Source: Lama glama (taxonomy: Eukaryota). Taken from it: a DNA stretch of 64,000 bases. Of the stretch, positions 39,953 to 51,800 are shown piece by piece. Where the stretch lies: NCBI GenBank assembly GCA_028534125.1, contig CM052817.1, positions 96,660,001 to 96,724,000 on the forward strand, given 5' to 3'. Each line of letters opens with the position of its first letter. Position 1 is the first letter of the stretch. Both the position numbers and the translations under genes were made by a program. The notes under the pieces are model-generated. The model made no database searches and was not told the origin of the DNA. It saw nothing but the letters and a program-made list of their open reading frames with translations.

Positions 39953-40329
39953 TGTTTCAGGCTGAATTGTCTCCCCAAAATCCATACGCTGAAGGCATAA
40001 CCTCCAATAACTCAGAATGTAACTGTATTTGGAGATCTGGAGATAGGGCCTTTAAAGAGTTCATTAAGACCAAATGAGCTCATATGGCGGCTCCTAATCC
40101 AACAGGACCAGTGTCCCTGTGAGAACAGAAGATTAGGACATACACCTACTCACACAAGACCATGAGAAGACACGGTAACACCTGCAAGGTAAGGGGAGAG
40201 GCCTCAGAGGAAACCCAACCTGCTGACACCTTGGACTGCTGGTCTCCCAAACTGTGAGAAGTAAGTTTCTGTTATTTACACCACCTCATTCCTGGCGTTC
40301 TGTTACAGTGGCCCTAGCAAGCGAATACA
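39953..40329 (+). mobile_element. MLT1A/B-like solo LTR
   Basis: TG...CA ends, ggctgaattgtctccccaaaatcca, gtatttggagat, tgttacagtggccctagcaagcgaataca; ctccc/cctcc flanks. Confidence 0.88.
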
Positions 40330-40439
40330 CCTCCCTTTCCAGACGTGGCACCCCAACCCCTATCTCCCACTTTGAGAGTGGGCTGAATTTAGTGACTTGC
40401 TTCCAAAGAATAACAGTATAGAAAGTAAATAAGAATATA

Positions 40440-40673
40440 TAAAGAGGGGAGGGAGAAATTAATTGGGAGTTTGGGACTGGAGATACAAACTACTACGTAC
40501 AGAACAGATAAATAACAAGGTCCTACTGTATAGCACAGGGAACTACAGTGTAATAACCTGTAATGAAAAAGAATGTGTATATGTGTACAACCGAGTCACT
40601 GTGCTGTACACTAGAAACTAATACAACACTGTGAATCAACTATACCTCAATTTACAATGAAAAGTTTTTAAAA
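40440..40673 (+). mobile_element. L1 3' UTR tail (cetartiodactyl type)
   Basis: aattgggagtttggga...aacaaggtcctactgtatagcacagggaacta; agtatagaaagt repeated on both flanks. Confidence 0.88.
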
Positions 40674-41659
40674 AGAGTATAGAAAGTGAAAAATAATAAT
40701 TTCACAGTGAAGAGACCTGGCAAACACCACCAGTATGAAGTGATCAAGGTTAATCTCACCAGTGCTAAGTCATGTTGACAGCAAGTGCCCCCCACAGGAT
40801 TAGGATGTGATGGGAAAGGCATCTCGCCTCTGCAGTGTTCTTTCCAAACACCCATCATCCCAGTCGAATCATGAGAAAACATCAGACAAACCCAAAGTGA
40901 GAGATCTGACCCGTACTCTCAGAACTGTGAAGGTCATGAAAAACTGTCACATATCACAGGCGACTACAGAAACATGAAGATTAAATGCCATGTGACACCC
41001 TGGACTGGATCCTAGAACTGAAAAAGGACATTTGTGGAAAAACTAGTGAAATCAAAATAAAGCCTGAAGCTTAATTCACAGACATGTACTAATGTTGGTT
41101 TCTTAGTTGTGACACATGGACCGTGGTAAGGCAAAATGCTGTAAGGGATATTCAGGAACTTTCTGCACTCTCTTTGCAACTTTTCTGTTTGTCTAAAATT
41201 ATTTCAAAATACACAAGGAGAATAAACAGGCAAATCACTAAAGAAATGCAGAGCATCAAGAACCTATGGAAATTATGTACAAAGAAATATAACTAATTGA
41301 AGAAGTGTAAATGAATACCATGAGTTATTTTCCACTTGTCTGAGTGATGAATTTCAAAAGCGATTAAGACCCAAAGGTTTTGGAAAAGTATGAAAATATA
41401 GTATTGCCAATAGTATCTAATGTCTTCATCGAGTACATACCTCAATTCATTTCCCAAGGAAATAAGCAAGTACTCCGGATAAAAACTAGCATTTATTGGA
41501 CATGTAGAATGTTCCGGCACTGTGAAAAATCGTACCTATGCATCGGATCATTTGATTTTGACAATTTTTTTAGGTAGACACTATTATCATCATCTACATT
41601 TTAAGGATGAGCAAGCAAAATTATAATCCTTACAACAACGAGATTATTCATTACAGTAA

Positions 41660-42100
41660 AGTAATGGCCTGCTCCAGTGAACCATGCCTCCCCATGTCTC
41701 TGCCATGGCATGGCCCCCTCCCACAGGGACTCTGGGTTTGGCCATGTTACTTCTTTGACCAGTGAGATACAAGCTCACATCACAAACAGAGGATTTCCTT
41801 CTCTCTGCTTTCCAAGTCTTGCCACAATGTTAAGAAACCCTCGGCTGCTGAAGATTCTAGTTCTGTCAACAGCCAGCACCAAAAACCAGACATGGAGGGA
41901 GGCCAGTTTCGACCAGCCAGCCACAGCTGAGCTCTCATTCGATTTGAGCCACATAGGGGAACCTGAGCAAGAAAATCAGAGACCCAGCAAGCTGAGCCCA
42001 GCCCAGAATGCTGACCCACAGACTCATGAGCAAATGAAACAGTGGTTTTAAACCAATGAGTTATGTGCTCGTTTGTTTTGCAGGGATCAGTAACTAATGA
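41660..42100 (+). mobile_element. MLT1(G/H-like) solo LTR inserted in a MIR
   Basis: ctctgggtttggccatgttacttctttgacca, gctgagcccagcccagaatgctgacccacaga, ttttaaacca; MIR-like sequence on both sides. Confidence 0.7.
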
Positions 42101-42419
42101 CCTTATGAGAGTTTTGTTATATTTAATTTGTACATAAGGAATCTAAGACTTGGTTAAGTAGTTTGTCTAGTAAGTGGCAGAGCCAGGATTCACAGGGACA
42201 TGTGAGTAATTTTAAGAGCCAGCATTCTTCAGCTCTGTGCTGCTCCGTTTACCATCCATCTTAGTGAAGTTTAAAAGTGAGAAATTACAAACAACTGAAA
42301 AGTTCTTCAAAAGGAGATTGTTTCAGGAAATTACGATAGCCAGATACAACAGATGATACAATAAAATACCACTAATGATTACCCTGCTAGCCACATAAAT
42401 CTATTGTTGTGATGAGAAG

Positions 42420-42700
42420 ATAACAAAAGTTCACTTTTGCTGGCTGTTACTATGTGTCGGGCACTGTTCTTGGTGTTTTTCACATGCTCTATTTCATTGG
42501 CTGTTCACAACTCTGTGAACAGATTATAAATTATTCTCATTTATAATTATTCTCAATTACTCCCAGGGCCCATTTCCATAAGGAAATGGATGCAGAGTAA
42601 TTAAACAACCTGCTCAAGCTCACGTAGCTACTAACTGGTAAAGCTGAGATGCCAACCTAGGGAGCTGGCCTTCCAAGGCCAAGTTCCTGACTACATCATG
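42420..42700 (-). mobile_element. MIR SINE
   Basis: ttactatgtgtcgggcactgttct...cctgctcaagctcacgtagcta. Confidence 0.7.
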
Positions 42701-43089
42701 CTGTTTCTCTCACAAGATAGTTCTATGTGAGAAAGATCAGATGACAAAAACAGTATGTGTTTCCATTTTGGTAACAGAAGAGAAAGTGTGGGTGGTTGTG
42801 GCCTGGATTTATGTTGGCACAGAAAAGAATATGAAGGGACTTCTACATGTCAATGTCAGCTGCAGTTACTCCTGAGCAAATAGATCACGAATGACTTGGG
42901 GTTTTTTTCTATCCAGTTTTCTGCATTAGCTGATTTTCTGTGATGAAAATTTATTGTGGGAAATATACAACTCTTTTTAAACAAAAGCTTCAACACAACA
43001 CCCCAATATTAAAAAATGATAAAGTAGACTTACTAATTGACAGAGTAACGATGAAGTCCCACATGACCATATAAAGAAGCACAAATTAT

Positions 43090-43227
43090 TTGGTAACTAT
43101 GTCTGGTGAAGGACGTTAACTAGACTTGCGGTAAACATTTTGCAGTACGTACAAATATTGAATCATTAGGCTGTACACCTGAAACTAATATAAGGTTACA
43201 TGTCAATTAAACCTCAATTTAAAAAAA
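43090..43227 (+). mobile_element. Short L1 (L1MA9-like) 3' tail
   Basis: tggtaactatg...gttaactagactt...tgtacacctgaaactaatata...ctcaatttaaaaaaa. Confidence 0.75.
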
Positions 43228-45624
43228 GTACAAACTAAAACCTTCAATTACAGTAATGTATCAGTTAAAACAGTTAGTTAATCTTTTTCATCAAATGGGC
43301 ATCTTTTAAATGTTAACTCTCAGGGCTTGCTAGGGTCTTGGAATGTTATTTTCAGTTACTGCCACTGGGAACATTATTGAAATAACCTTTCAGGGATTAA
43401 ATTTAGCAATATGTATCAAGAAAGAATTTGTGTCAAGCAGAACAGTGGCAATGAAGTACTATTTATAATGCAACAACAAACTGAAAAAAACCCAAAGCCC
43501 CAAAATAAGAAATGCATCAACAGGTAATGCAGCATCCATCTAATAGGAAAGAATATGACCATTAAAAATCCTGTTTTCAGAAACTATTTAATAACATTCA
43601 TTACGCTATATCATATTATTCAAAGAGTAAAATTTTGGTAAACACCAATATAATTCACATGCAAGTGAATATGTACGTATGTATGTATGTGTGAATGCCC
43701 CCTCCAAAACACTTCGAATTAAATACACAAAAGTTTAAACCATCATCTCTGAGTAGCGGCATTTTAGATAACTGCAGTTTTCTGCTGCATTGTTTTCAAA
43801 AGCCTAGAACAGGTCCAGGTTGAAATCAGTAAATACTAAGAGGCAGAGAGGTCAGTAACATTCAAGGTCAGGCTCTCTGGACCGGTTCTTGCTCTGGGCA
43901 GCCACTGCACACTTGAATCGTGGCACAATGAAGGCCACCACAGGTGCCAAGGCTGGGAGAGGTTTGGCTGAGTTTAAGTAGAACCACAGCACAGTTAAAG
44001 AACCTATATTGCTGAAATCCTCAAGAAAAGGAACTCACAAAGCTGCAGGTACTTCAAGGGAGTCAGATACACACTGGGTCCCCAGTCAGAGCACCGGAGA
44101 GCCTTTGTAAGCTCCTGCAGCATGTAAGTCTTTTTGAAACTGGACCTACCAAAGGATATCACTCACAGTACCTGTCACCATTATGTGTTTATATGAAATA
44201 TTTAGGGCTAGATGGCCCCAAAGTCGTAACATCACACCTTGGACGTTGCTTCAGAAACTGGAATCTAACCTGCCAAAGCCATCTCCTAGGAGGAGCATAG
44301 GAGGCCCCAGACCCTTTCTGAGAAAGTCAGAGCTACCACTGAGTCAGTGTTGTTATCTCATCTGTACAAATAAATGAACAAGCCAGGATTCAAACTCATC
44401 AGACTGCAAAGCCCAAGCTAAATTTTAACCTGAAACCTATGAATGCGAAGAATTGTCTCCTCCCATCTGCTTCCTGTTAAGATTAAGGAAGGAAAGCATT
44501 GGGCTGATATTTGCATACAGTATGTGCTTAACTAAGGAACAGAATAGATGAATACACGGGTCTGATGGCAATTCCTAATTTTACTCCAAATTAACTAAAT
44601 CTTGACTTTTAATCCAAACTATTATTTGTTAATTTACAGCCCTATATTGTTATCAAAAAGTAGCTTACAAAGCTGCATAAAAGTGTAGCAAAATAATATA
44701 AATTAGAGGTGAGATTAAAAAGTGAACATAGTAGGACAAAAAAAGATGCAGGATTGAGATTAATACAAAATCACATAGCGCAACATCCCTCTGTGCACTT
44801 GGTGTTCGTTCTTTTATACAGTTATATTTTCAAGTTTTGCCACTAAAACTCGACATCAACATGATTTACTACCTAGTACCTAGTTATGTCCTTAAAAGAC
44901 AGGACAGCTTTGCTGTAAGTTGTTTTCCATGACACTTATCATAGTGTCAGAAAAGTCTAGTAGTTCAGAAGTGTTTTTAGAACCTAATGAATATGTGAAC
45001 ATGGATTGTGGGCCCAAAGACCTTAAGAGACACATAACAGCAGTTATCTGACTTTTCTATTATACTGGTTGTGGTTACCAATGTCTACAGAGCATAAAGA
45101 TTTAATTTAAAACCAAGTAAAAGTTAAATTCACTACCTCCTGTCTCTATTATCTGCTGCAATTTTTACTCCCCCATATAATGACAGAACAGTGTCGGGTA
45201 TATGGTAGTCACGAACATAAAGAAATCAATATTTATTGCATTTAATGCTGTTAATAAGATATAATTGATCTGAATGAAAACAAATAGAACACCAATGTGG
45301 ATGTTGACTTGTACTTTGGAGAGTTATTTTATCAAAGAACTACACTGCATGAGATATCACATAGCACAAGAAGGTACTTACTCAGAAGCAATGATTTTTC
45401 ACTTTAAGAAAGTCCTAAGATACCCTCCACTCCAAAAAAGCTGGGAAAAAAAGAAGTTTGTGAGCAGGTGTAGCATCTTGGAAAATCAAAAACCTACATA
45501 TAGAGATTCTAATAATTCCCCTTATAATATAAGGTCGTGCTGGAGCCAGGGTTGGAGGTGCCTGAACTCCAGAACTGAGGTTGGAAGGCATGTAGAGACC
45601 TAAGACTACGTGGTCGGTTTGTAT

Positions 45625-45788
45625 CAGTAATTCTTAAACGTGAGTGAGCTATAAATGGAGGATTTTGTTAAAATGCAGATTCTGAGCCAGAAGATCTGGG
45701 GTGTGGCTTCAGCGTCTACCCCTGTAGGAGACTCATAGACGATGCTGATGCTCCTGGTCTGAGGACTTCAGTTACGGGCAGTAAGGCT
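45625..45788. mobile_element. MER5A-type MITE
   Basis: ttgttaaaatgcagattctg...tctggggtgtggc...gatgctgatgctcctggtc. Confidence 0.7.
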
Positions 45789-45847
45789 ATCTATTCTATT
45801 TTGTATCATTAAGTTGATACACAAAAAGAGACTTGCTTTTACCTGGT

Positions 45848-46331
45848 ATGGTGGTTACTTTTATGTGTCAACTTGACTGGACGAAGGGATGTCCAGAGAG
45901 CTAGGAAAACATCATCTCTGGGTGTGTTCCTGGGAATTTTTCCAGAATCAATTATCATTTGAATCAGTAGAACTGAGTGAAGCAGCTCACCCTCACCCCT
46001 GTAGGCAGGCATCATCTGATCCACTGAGGGTTTGAACAGAACAGAAAGGTGGAAGAAAAACAAATTCTCTTATTTTGCTTAAGCATCCATTTTCTCCTAC
46101 ATTTGGACCTCAGCCTCCTGATCCCCAGGCCTTAGGACTCAGACAGAATTACAGCACTGGCTTTCCTAGTTCTCCAGCTTGCAGACAGCAGATTATGAGA
46201 CTGACCCTCCAGAACCACATGGAACAATTCCTATGATAATCTCCTCGTATATCTATCTATCTGTCTGTCTGTCTGTCTGTCTATTTATCCTCCTACTGGT
46301 TGTGTTTCTCTGGAGAACCCTGACTAATATA
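45848..46331 (+). mobile_element. MLT2 (ERVL) solo LTR with internal (TATC/TGTC)n
   Basis: ttttatgtgtcaacttgactgg start; gtttctctggagaaccctgactaata end. Confidence 0.9.
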
Positions 46332-46377
46332 CTTGAGTGAAAACAAACTGGAAACTTCTGTCTGGAGACTCAGTTGG

Positions 46378-46590
46378 ATCTGTGTTGTGCAATATGGTCA
46401 CTTCGAGCCACATGTGGCTATTTCAAATTTAAATGACTTTAAATGAAATAAAATTTAAAATTTAGTTCCTCAGCCACGTTAGCCACATTAACCACATTTG
46501 AAGTGCTCAATAGCCACCAATGGCTAGTGGATACCCTACTGGACGAAAGAAATTTCCATTATCATAGAAAGTTCTATTGTACAGTGCTGC
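46378..46590. mobile_element. MER3-type hAT-Charlie MITE
   Basis: agccacatgtggctatt, aagtgctcaatagccac, catagaaagttctattgtacagtgctg. Confidence 0.85.
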
Positions 46591-47087
46591 ACTAGAGATG
46601 ATTTGGTTACCAAACAAAAATTTAAAGAGTAGAATAAAGTTCACTCCATTCGAAAACAAATCAAACAGTGAAATCTTGAACTGTCATCTTTAAAAGTTCA
46701 ACCATCTTTGCTCAAAAAAAAAAAATTGGATAGGTCAGGACAACGTGATACCCATTAAAACAAGCAGCTTACATTCCTTCTTCCCAGCAAAGCGCAGCAC
46801 AGTTCAACCTCAATGGAACATGACATTAATGAGCTAAAAGGGGAAGATGGGTAACAGAGAGCAGCTGAAGCTAAACAGAACAGACCCGCACTCTGCATGC
46901 TTCGTTCCAGAGCCACTCATTACCCTTCACTTTTATCAGTTCATCTTGTGACCTGATGAGGAGACTAATACCAGTGAGAAAAAAAAAAAGTAGAGGTGAT
47001 CTGGAGCATGATTTTATGTTCACTGCTCTCTGGAATACTCGACTCTTGACTACGTAATACAAGCAACAACCCAAAATAAAGAAAAAG

Positions 47088-47597
47088 GTATTAGTCAGGA
47101 TTCTCCAGAGAAACAGAACCAATAGGCAATATATATATAAACACAGATGGAAGGAAGGAAGGAAGGAGAGGAGAGAGGGAGGAAGGAAGGGAGAATTATA
47201 TATAAAATTTACGTTTTTATAATATATTAATCAATTAATTATCAGTTATCAGAGGGAGAGAGAGGATTTCTTTTGAGGAATTTGCTTATGTCTAGCGTGA
47301 ATGAATCCACAAGCCAGGCCAGCAGGCTGGAACCCCAGGGAGAGCTGACACTTGAGTTTTGAGTCTGCAGGCAATCTGGAGTCAAAATTCCTCCTTCTTC
47401 GGGGGGACCTCAGGCTCTTAAGATCTTCAACTGATTGGATGAGACCCACTCACATTGCAGAGAAATCGACTTTACTCAAAGGCTACTGGTTTAAATGTCA
47501 GATCTGAAAAATACGTTCACAGAAATATCTAGACTGTTTGACCAAATAACTGGGTACCCTAGCCTAGCCATGTTGACACAGAAAATTACCCATCACA
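47088..47597 (-). mobile_element. MLT2 (ERVL) solo LTR
   Basis: gtattagtcaggattctccagagaaacagaaccaatagg ... ttcaactgattggatgagaccca ... gttgacacagaaaattacccatcaca. Confidence 0.9.
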
Positions 47598-48573
47598 GGG
47601 GGAAAGGGGCTATAAAAGCTTTAGCTCCAGGTGCCTAGTATTTGGGGCCTCCCTACCAGCTCCCTTTCTGGCTACTTGCCTTCAACTCAACAGCTAGACC
47701 AGCGGAGAGCGGAATGAGAGTGGTGCTGTAATAAAGGTAGACTCAACTGTGGGGGCCACCTGTCACCTGTCCCACTTCAGCTTGTTGTCAATCACAAAGC
47801 CGCCGCGAGCTTTCAGACTGGGATACCGAGCATCAGCACTGGGATTGCTCGAGGACAAGGGGATAGTGGAAAGCCATGGCCTTTCTCTTCCACAAACTGG
47901 GGAAAATGGAGTCAGTCAGGCTTCCTCGCCAGACGTCTGTGCCCAGTGATTCAGCAGTATTAACCCGCGTGCGTAACAGCCAGGCCGCCAACAGCTCCCC
48001 AGGCTTTGGGCTGTGGAATTGCTTGCTCAGCTCTATCAGTTCTGAGTAGACGGGCGGTACGCTGTGGACTCAACCATCTCCGGGGGCAGCGGCCTGTCCT
48101 CCCGGGGCCACCGGCGGCAGCTGCTGCTGCTGCTTCATCCTCCGCGTCACCACTGCTCAGGCCCGTAGTTGTGGCTCTTCTCCTTCGGAGGAGTTTACCA
48201 CCAATGGTGGGGGCCACGGTTGGCTCTCCGGGGTCCGCAAGCCTTCCTCCAGGGCTCGCAGGCGGGCTTCCGCAGCCTCTCCGTTCCCCTGTGACTCCTG
48301 AACCGTGGCCGCGCGTCCCAGCGAGGTTCGGGGTTCCGCCGCAGGGCTGTGAGGAACACCCGCCGCAGCGCGGCCGGCCGCCCTGCGCGCACGCCGCTTC
48401 CCTAGGGCCTCCCTCGCCTTCTGCGGGGCCTTTTCCGCTTGGGCAGGGGGCCCACCCACCTTCCGCCCGTCCTGAGGCCGGCCCCAAGCGGAAAGAAGGC
48501 TCACCACCGAGTACCACACAGAGTCGGGGGCCACCCCTCAAATCCACCCCCGGCGGTGCAGAGGGCTCCATAC

Positions 48574-48790
48574 CTGTCCGCGCGAACCCGGCTGACCGCG
48601 CCAGTTCTACTGCAGGCGTTCCAGGCCTGGCAGGTTCACGACTCGGCAGACTGAAGAGCACTGGCCGAGCCGTATCTCTGACTTGACTTTTTTTGCAGAG
48701 AGGCGTCCACGGGCTGCAGCGGCTGCAGCCCTGGCAGAAAGTCCCGCGGGCCTCACACAGCAAGGCACACAAAGCTGGCATCCAGCCAAC
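48574..48790 (-). other. Candidate first exon of an unidentified minus-strand transcript
   Basis: Directly downstream (minus sense) of the NRF1 sites; ends at donor CAG|gtatgg (48574/48573); ATG at 48781 is open to the donor but the peptide is unrecognised. Confidence 0.4.
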
Positions 48791-48869
48791 TACGTGAACT
48801 ACATGGGCTAACTACTGCGCCTGCGCAACCAAGTCGTTTCATAACAACACATGGGTACCGCGCATGCGG
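48788..48869. promoter_or_regulatory. Core promoter motif cluster: two NRF1-type sites, one RFX X-box-like site, three AACTAC copies
   Basis: TGCGCCTGCGCA 48816-48827; CGCGCATGCGG 48859-48869; GTTTCATAACAAC 48836-48848; AACTAC at 48788, 48797 and 48810. Confidence 0.65.
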
Positions 48870-51800
48870 GATAATACTGCTGGATCACTGGGCCGCCGTC
48901 GACCTGCGAGGGAGCCTGATTGACTCCGTTTTCCCTATACACTCCCTCGTCAAAACCCACCCAAGACACTGAGAATTGGAATTACATTTTGCTGATGATA
49001 TGGTCACTCAGGAAATCTGGAAAATAAATGAGTTATTTGTCAACTTACCCTGAGCATCTCCAGAAAAACAAGCAGAAAGAAGAAAAGGGTTCTCATTAAA
49101 AGAGCCTTTCCGGCCTTCTAAACCCAACTTGAGTTCTCCCCTCGCTTTAGTAGATGGCAGAGAAGGGAATTTGCTCATCTTTTGGGGAAAAAAAAAATTG
49201 TTTCAGACTATGACCTTCATGGTCTATGAACAGTATGTTTTTACTTCCACTAGAAAGTTCCTTCTGCATTTAACTATTCCTAATTTTATATTCAGAGCTG
49301 ATGAATATATGGCCTGCAGTGGTGTTATCCGAGAAGAAATTAAGTTATAAATCTATAGAAATCCTCCCTTCTCACAATGATATTAAATATTCAGGGAGCA
49401 GGTTTCTGGACTGATTTCCCTTATCACTTATTTCAAAGTCTGACCATGAACTTAGTGAATCTCAGGTACTAATATCCAACTTACAATCCAACTGCAGATT
49501 TTTGCCTTTGCTTTGGCATAATCTTTAGGGCTTTGTTTTTCTAAGTATCTGGTCAGAGACAGAGTCCCACTTGTAACGTTACAAGCCACATTCTCTACAT
49601 CTTATTCCGCAAGATACCACTGAAATCTGGTTACCAGTTACTCTCAGCTATTGATGAGAAAAGTTAAGCAAAAGCACAGTTATTTAAATCTATAAAAGCA
49701 TTGGTTTATTTCCTCACTTGATGCAGACTTTGAAAGATTCCATGGACCAAATTCCATCCTAAATGGATTTCATAGGAAGAATAAGAATAGTATATGATTA
49801 AAATGATTTAGCTTCCAATAGTCAATGTAAATTCAGGAAGTCAAACTGGTGAGTTAATTCATATGAGGTAAAAATATAGAGTGAAAATATGCCCCTTCTA
49901 CAACTTGGCCTCCTACCCACTTTTCAACATTCTAGACTTATCTTCTGCTATCCTCACCTACCCTGTCTTGCATCCCATCTTCTCAAATTCATCCCTCCCT
50001 TTGAATCAATCCAACACACTCCCGGGTATAGACCCATCAAAAATCCGTATCGTCCACAAGTCTCCTCAGTTTACTTTCCATCATGCCTCTGATCGCTGAG
50101 AACTGAATCTCTCCTCTGTGCTTTCAGAACACATCATCTTTACCCAAATTAGAGCCTTCATCACAGGATGGGATTCCTCGTGTATCTTTCTCATTATTTG
50201 TGAGCTCTGACTCAAAAATTTACTCTGTGAAATTTTTCCAGCACCTAACACATCACGTGCCCAAATAAGTGTTAAAGTGGAATAGGATGGAAAGAAATAG
50301 AAGCAGTTCCAAAGAAGGACAGTTTCACAGGTCCAGGTTCAGTTGCTAAAACAGTTTTTCTGAAGGCCCAAGAGTTCTGTGATGTAGCACAGTGTCTTCA
50401 GACCCTAAAGACCGGGGAGAAGATGTCCTTAGAGAAATGACATAGGGTCAAAAAGGAAAAAGGACAGGAGGGTCCAGAGAAGGGGATACTTTAGCAAGAA
50501 TCGAGGTGAAGTCACTATCCCAGAATTGCCTCAAACTCCTTACTCTTGCAAGAAGACTCTGCTGACTCTGCCACTGAATCTTCCCCAGTCAAGTGCCATG
50601 GTCACCTCTGACTGTCCCCCCTTCACAGACTGTCATGAAAGAGTAAATCCTGTTTAAAGCTCTTCCATACACACTTCCACATTCCATTCTCCTGTGCCTT
50701 GTGAGTTGCTGAGAAATATGCCGAATTCACTGTTGTAACATTTTATGGGAACTACCCCAATACCGTGGCTATACGCTAATGACAGGCTGAACAGGAAGGA
50801 TGTTCCAAAATGCAAGGCAAAGTTGTTCTAAAGACTTCTTGACTCTCACATTTGGGATGAAGCCAACATTAATATGTACAATTAAGTCAACATGTAACAG
50901 ATATAAATGATACATTTGATAACAAGAGAGGAAAAAGGAAAACCAAGACAGCAGAAAGAGATAAGTGAAAACAGACAGAAAAAAAAGCAAGGCTCTATAA
51001 ATGTGAAGCTCTGTGCATCAGAAAGAGACTTTCCTTTTTAACACAGGTTGTAAGAGTACTACAATCTCATAAAGCTCATAAATCTAATTCCATCTTGCTT
51101 GGTAGGTTTAAAATATACATAAAAGAGTTTGGCTTGCTAGATAGAAATATTAAAATACAATATAATCTACTAAGATGGTGGGACTGGGAACAATTTTTAA
51201 GTTTTGATAATTCTAATACTGGAAAAAGTAAGTGTGAATATGTATGTGTAATAAGTATGTGTGATATATATATATATACATCTATATTATATACATTTTT
51301 GTGTATTATACAGTAAAAATATTAAAGTGTATATATATATATATATATACACATACATATTTACATTTTAAGAATATAGGCACAGAGAGCTTAAGCAGAT
51401 TGTGAACTTTGGGTTCATTAGGTTAAATAGAATAATAATTTAGCTAAAGAAACAAAGTGTTGAGAAGAATAAATGGCTACGCTGATTGGAAAATTTTCTC
51501 CTGGCTGGTCCAGAAAGATAGAAGGAAAGATTGAAAGTGTGACTTCATCCTCTCCCACCCCTTCACCCACCACCCCGAGATGTCAGCCATTAAGAAGTGA
51601 AACAGGAAAGAGCCGCACCTTCAATTCAGAAGCAAGGTCTTCGGAAGGCTACAGGCCACGACTAATTCAAAGAGTCAAATGGAGCAACCACTTCCTCCTC
51701 TCCTGATCAAGAGGAAGAAATGTAAGACTTGGTTGCAGGGCTGCCATAGACTGTGCGCACATGTGTGCTATAATGCAAAGTTAAACCAAGTTCTAAATTA

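Larger units (their letters stand above)
39590..41215 (+). mobile_element. Old L1 (L1MC/L1MD-like) 3' region hosting two later insertions
   Basis: tagtgacttgcttccaaagaa, acctggcaaacac, gaaaacatcagacaaacccaaa, cctggactggatcctagaac, ctttgcaacttttctgt. Confidence 0.8.
47790..48910. promoter_or_regulatory. CpG island / probable RNA polymerase II promoter
   Basis: Only strongly GC- and CpG-rich stretch in an otherwise CpG-depleted window; not repeat-like. Confidence 0.85.

Noticed and set aside
13885..41215. Two L1MC/MD hosts each carrying an MLT1 LTR and an L1 tail, suggesting an inverted duplication
   Set aside because: The inserts sit at different positions and in a different order within the host, so they are independent events.
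47960..48781. 273-aa minus ORF and overlapping 226-aa plus ORF (48006-48686)
   Set aside because: Both lie in the GC-rich island, where stop codons are scarce. They are low-complexity G/P/A/R-rich, overlap on both strands and match no protein I recognise.
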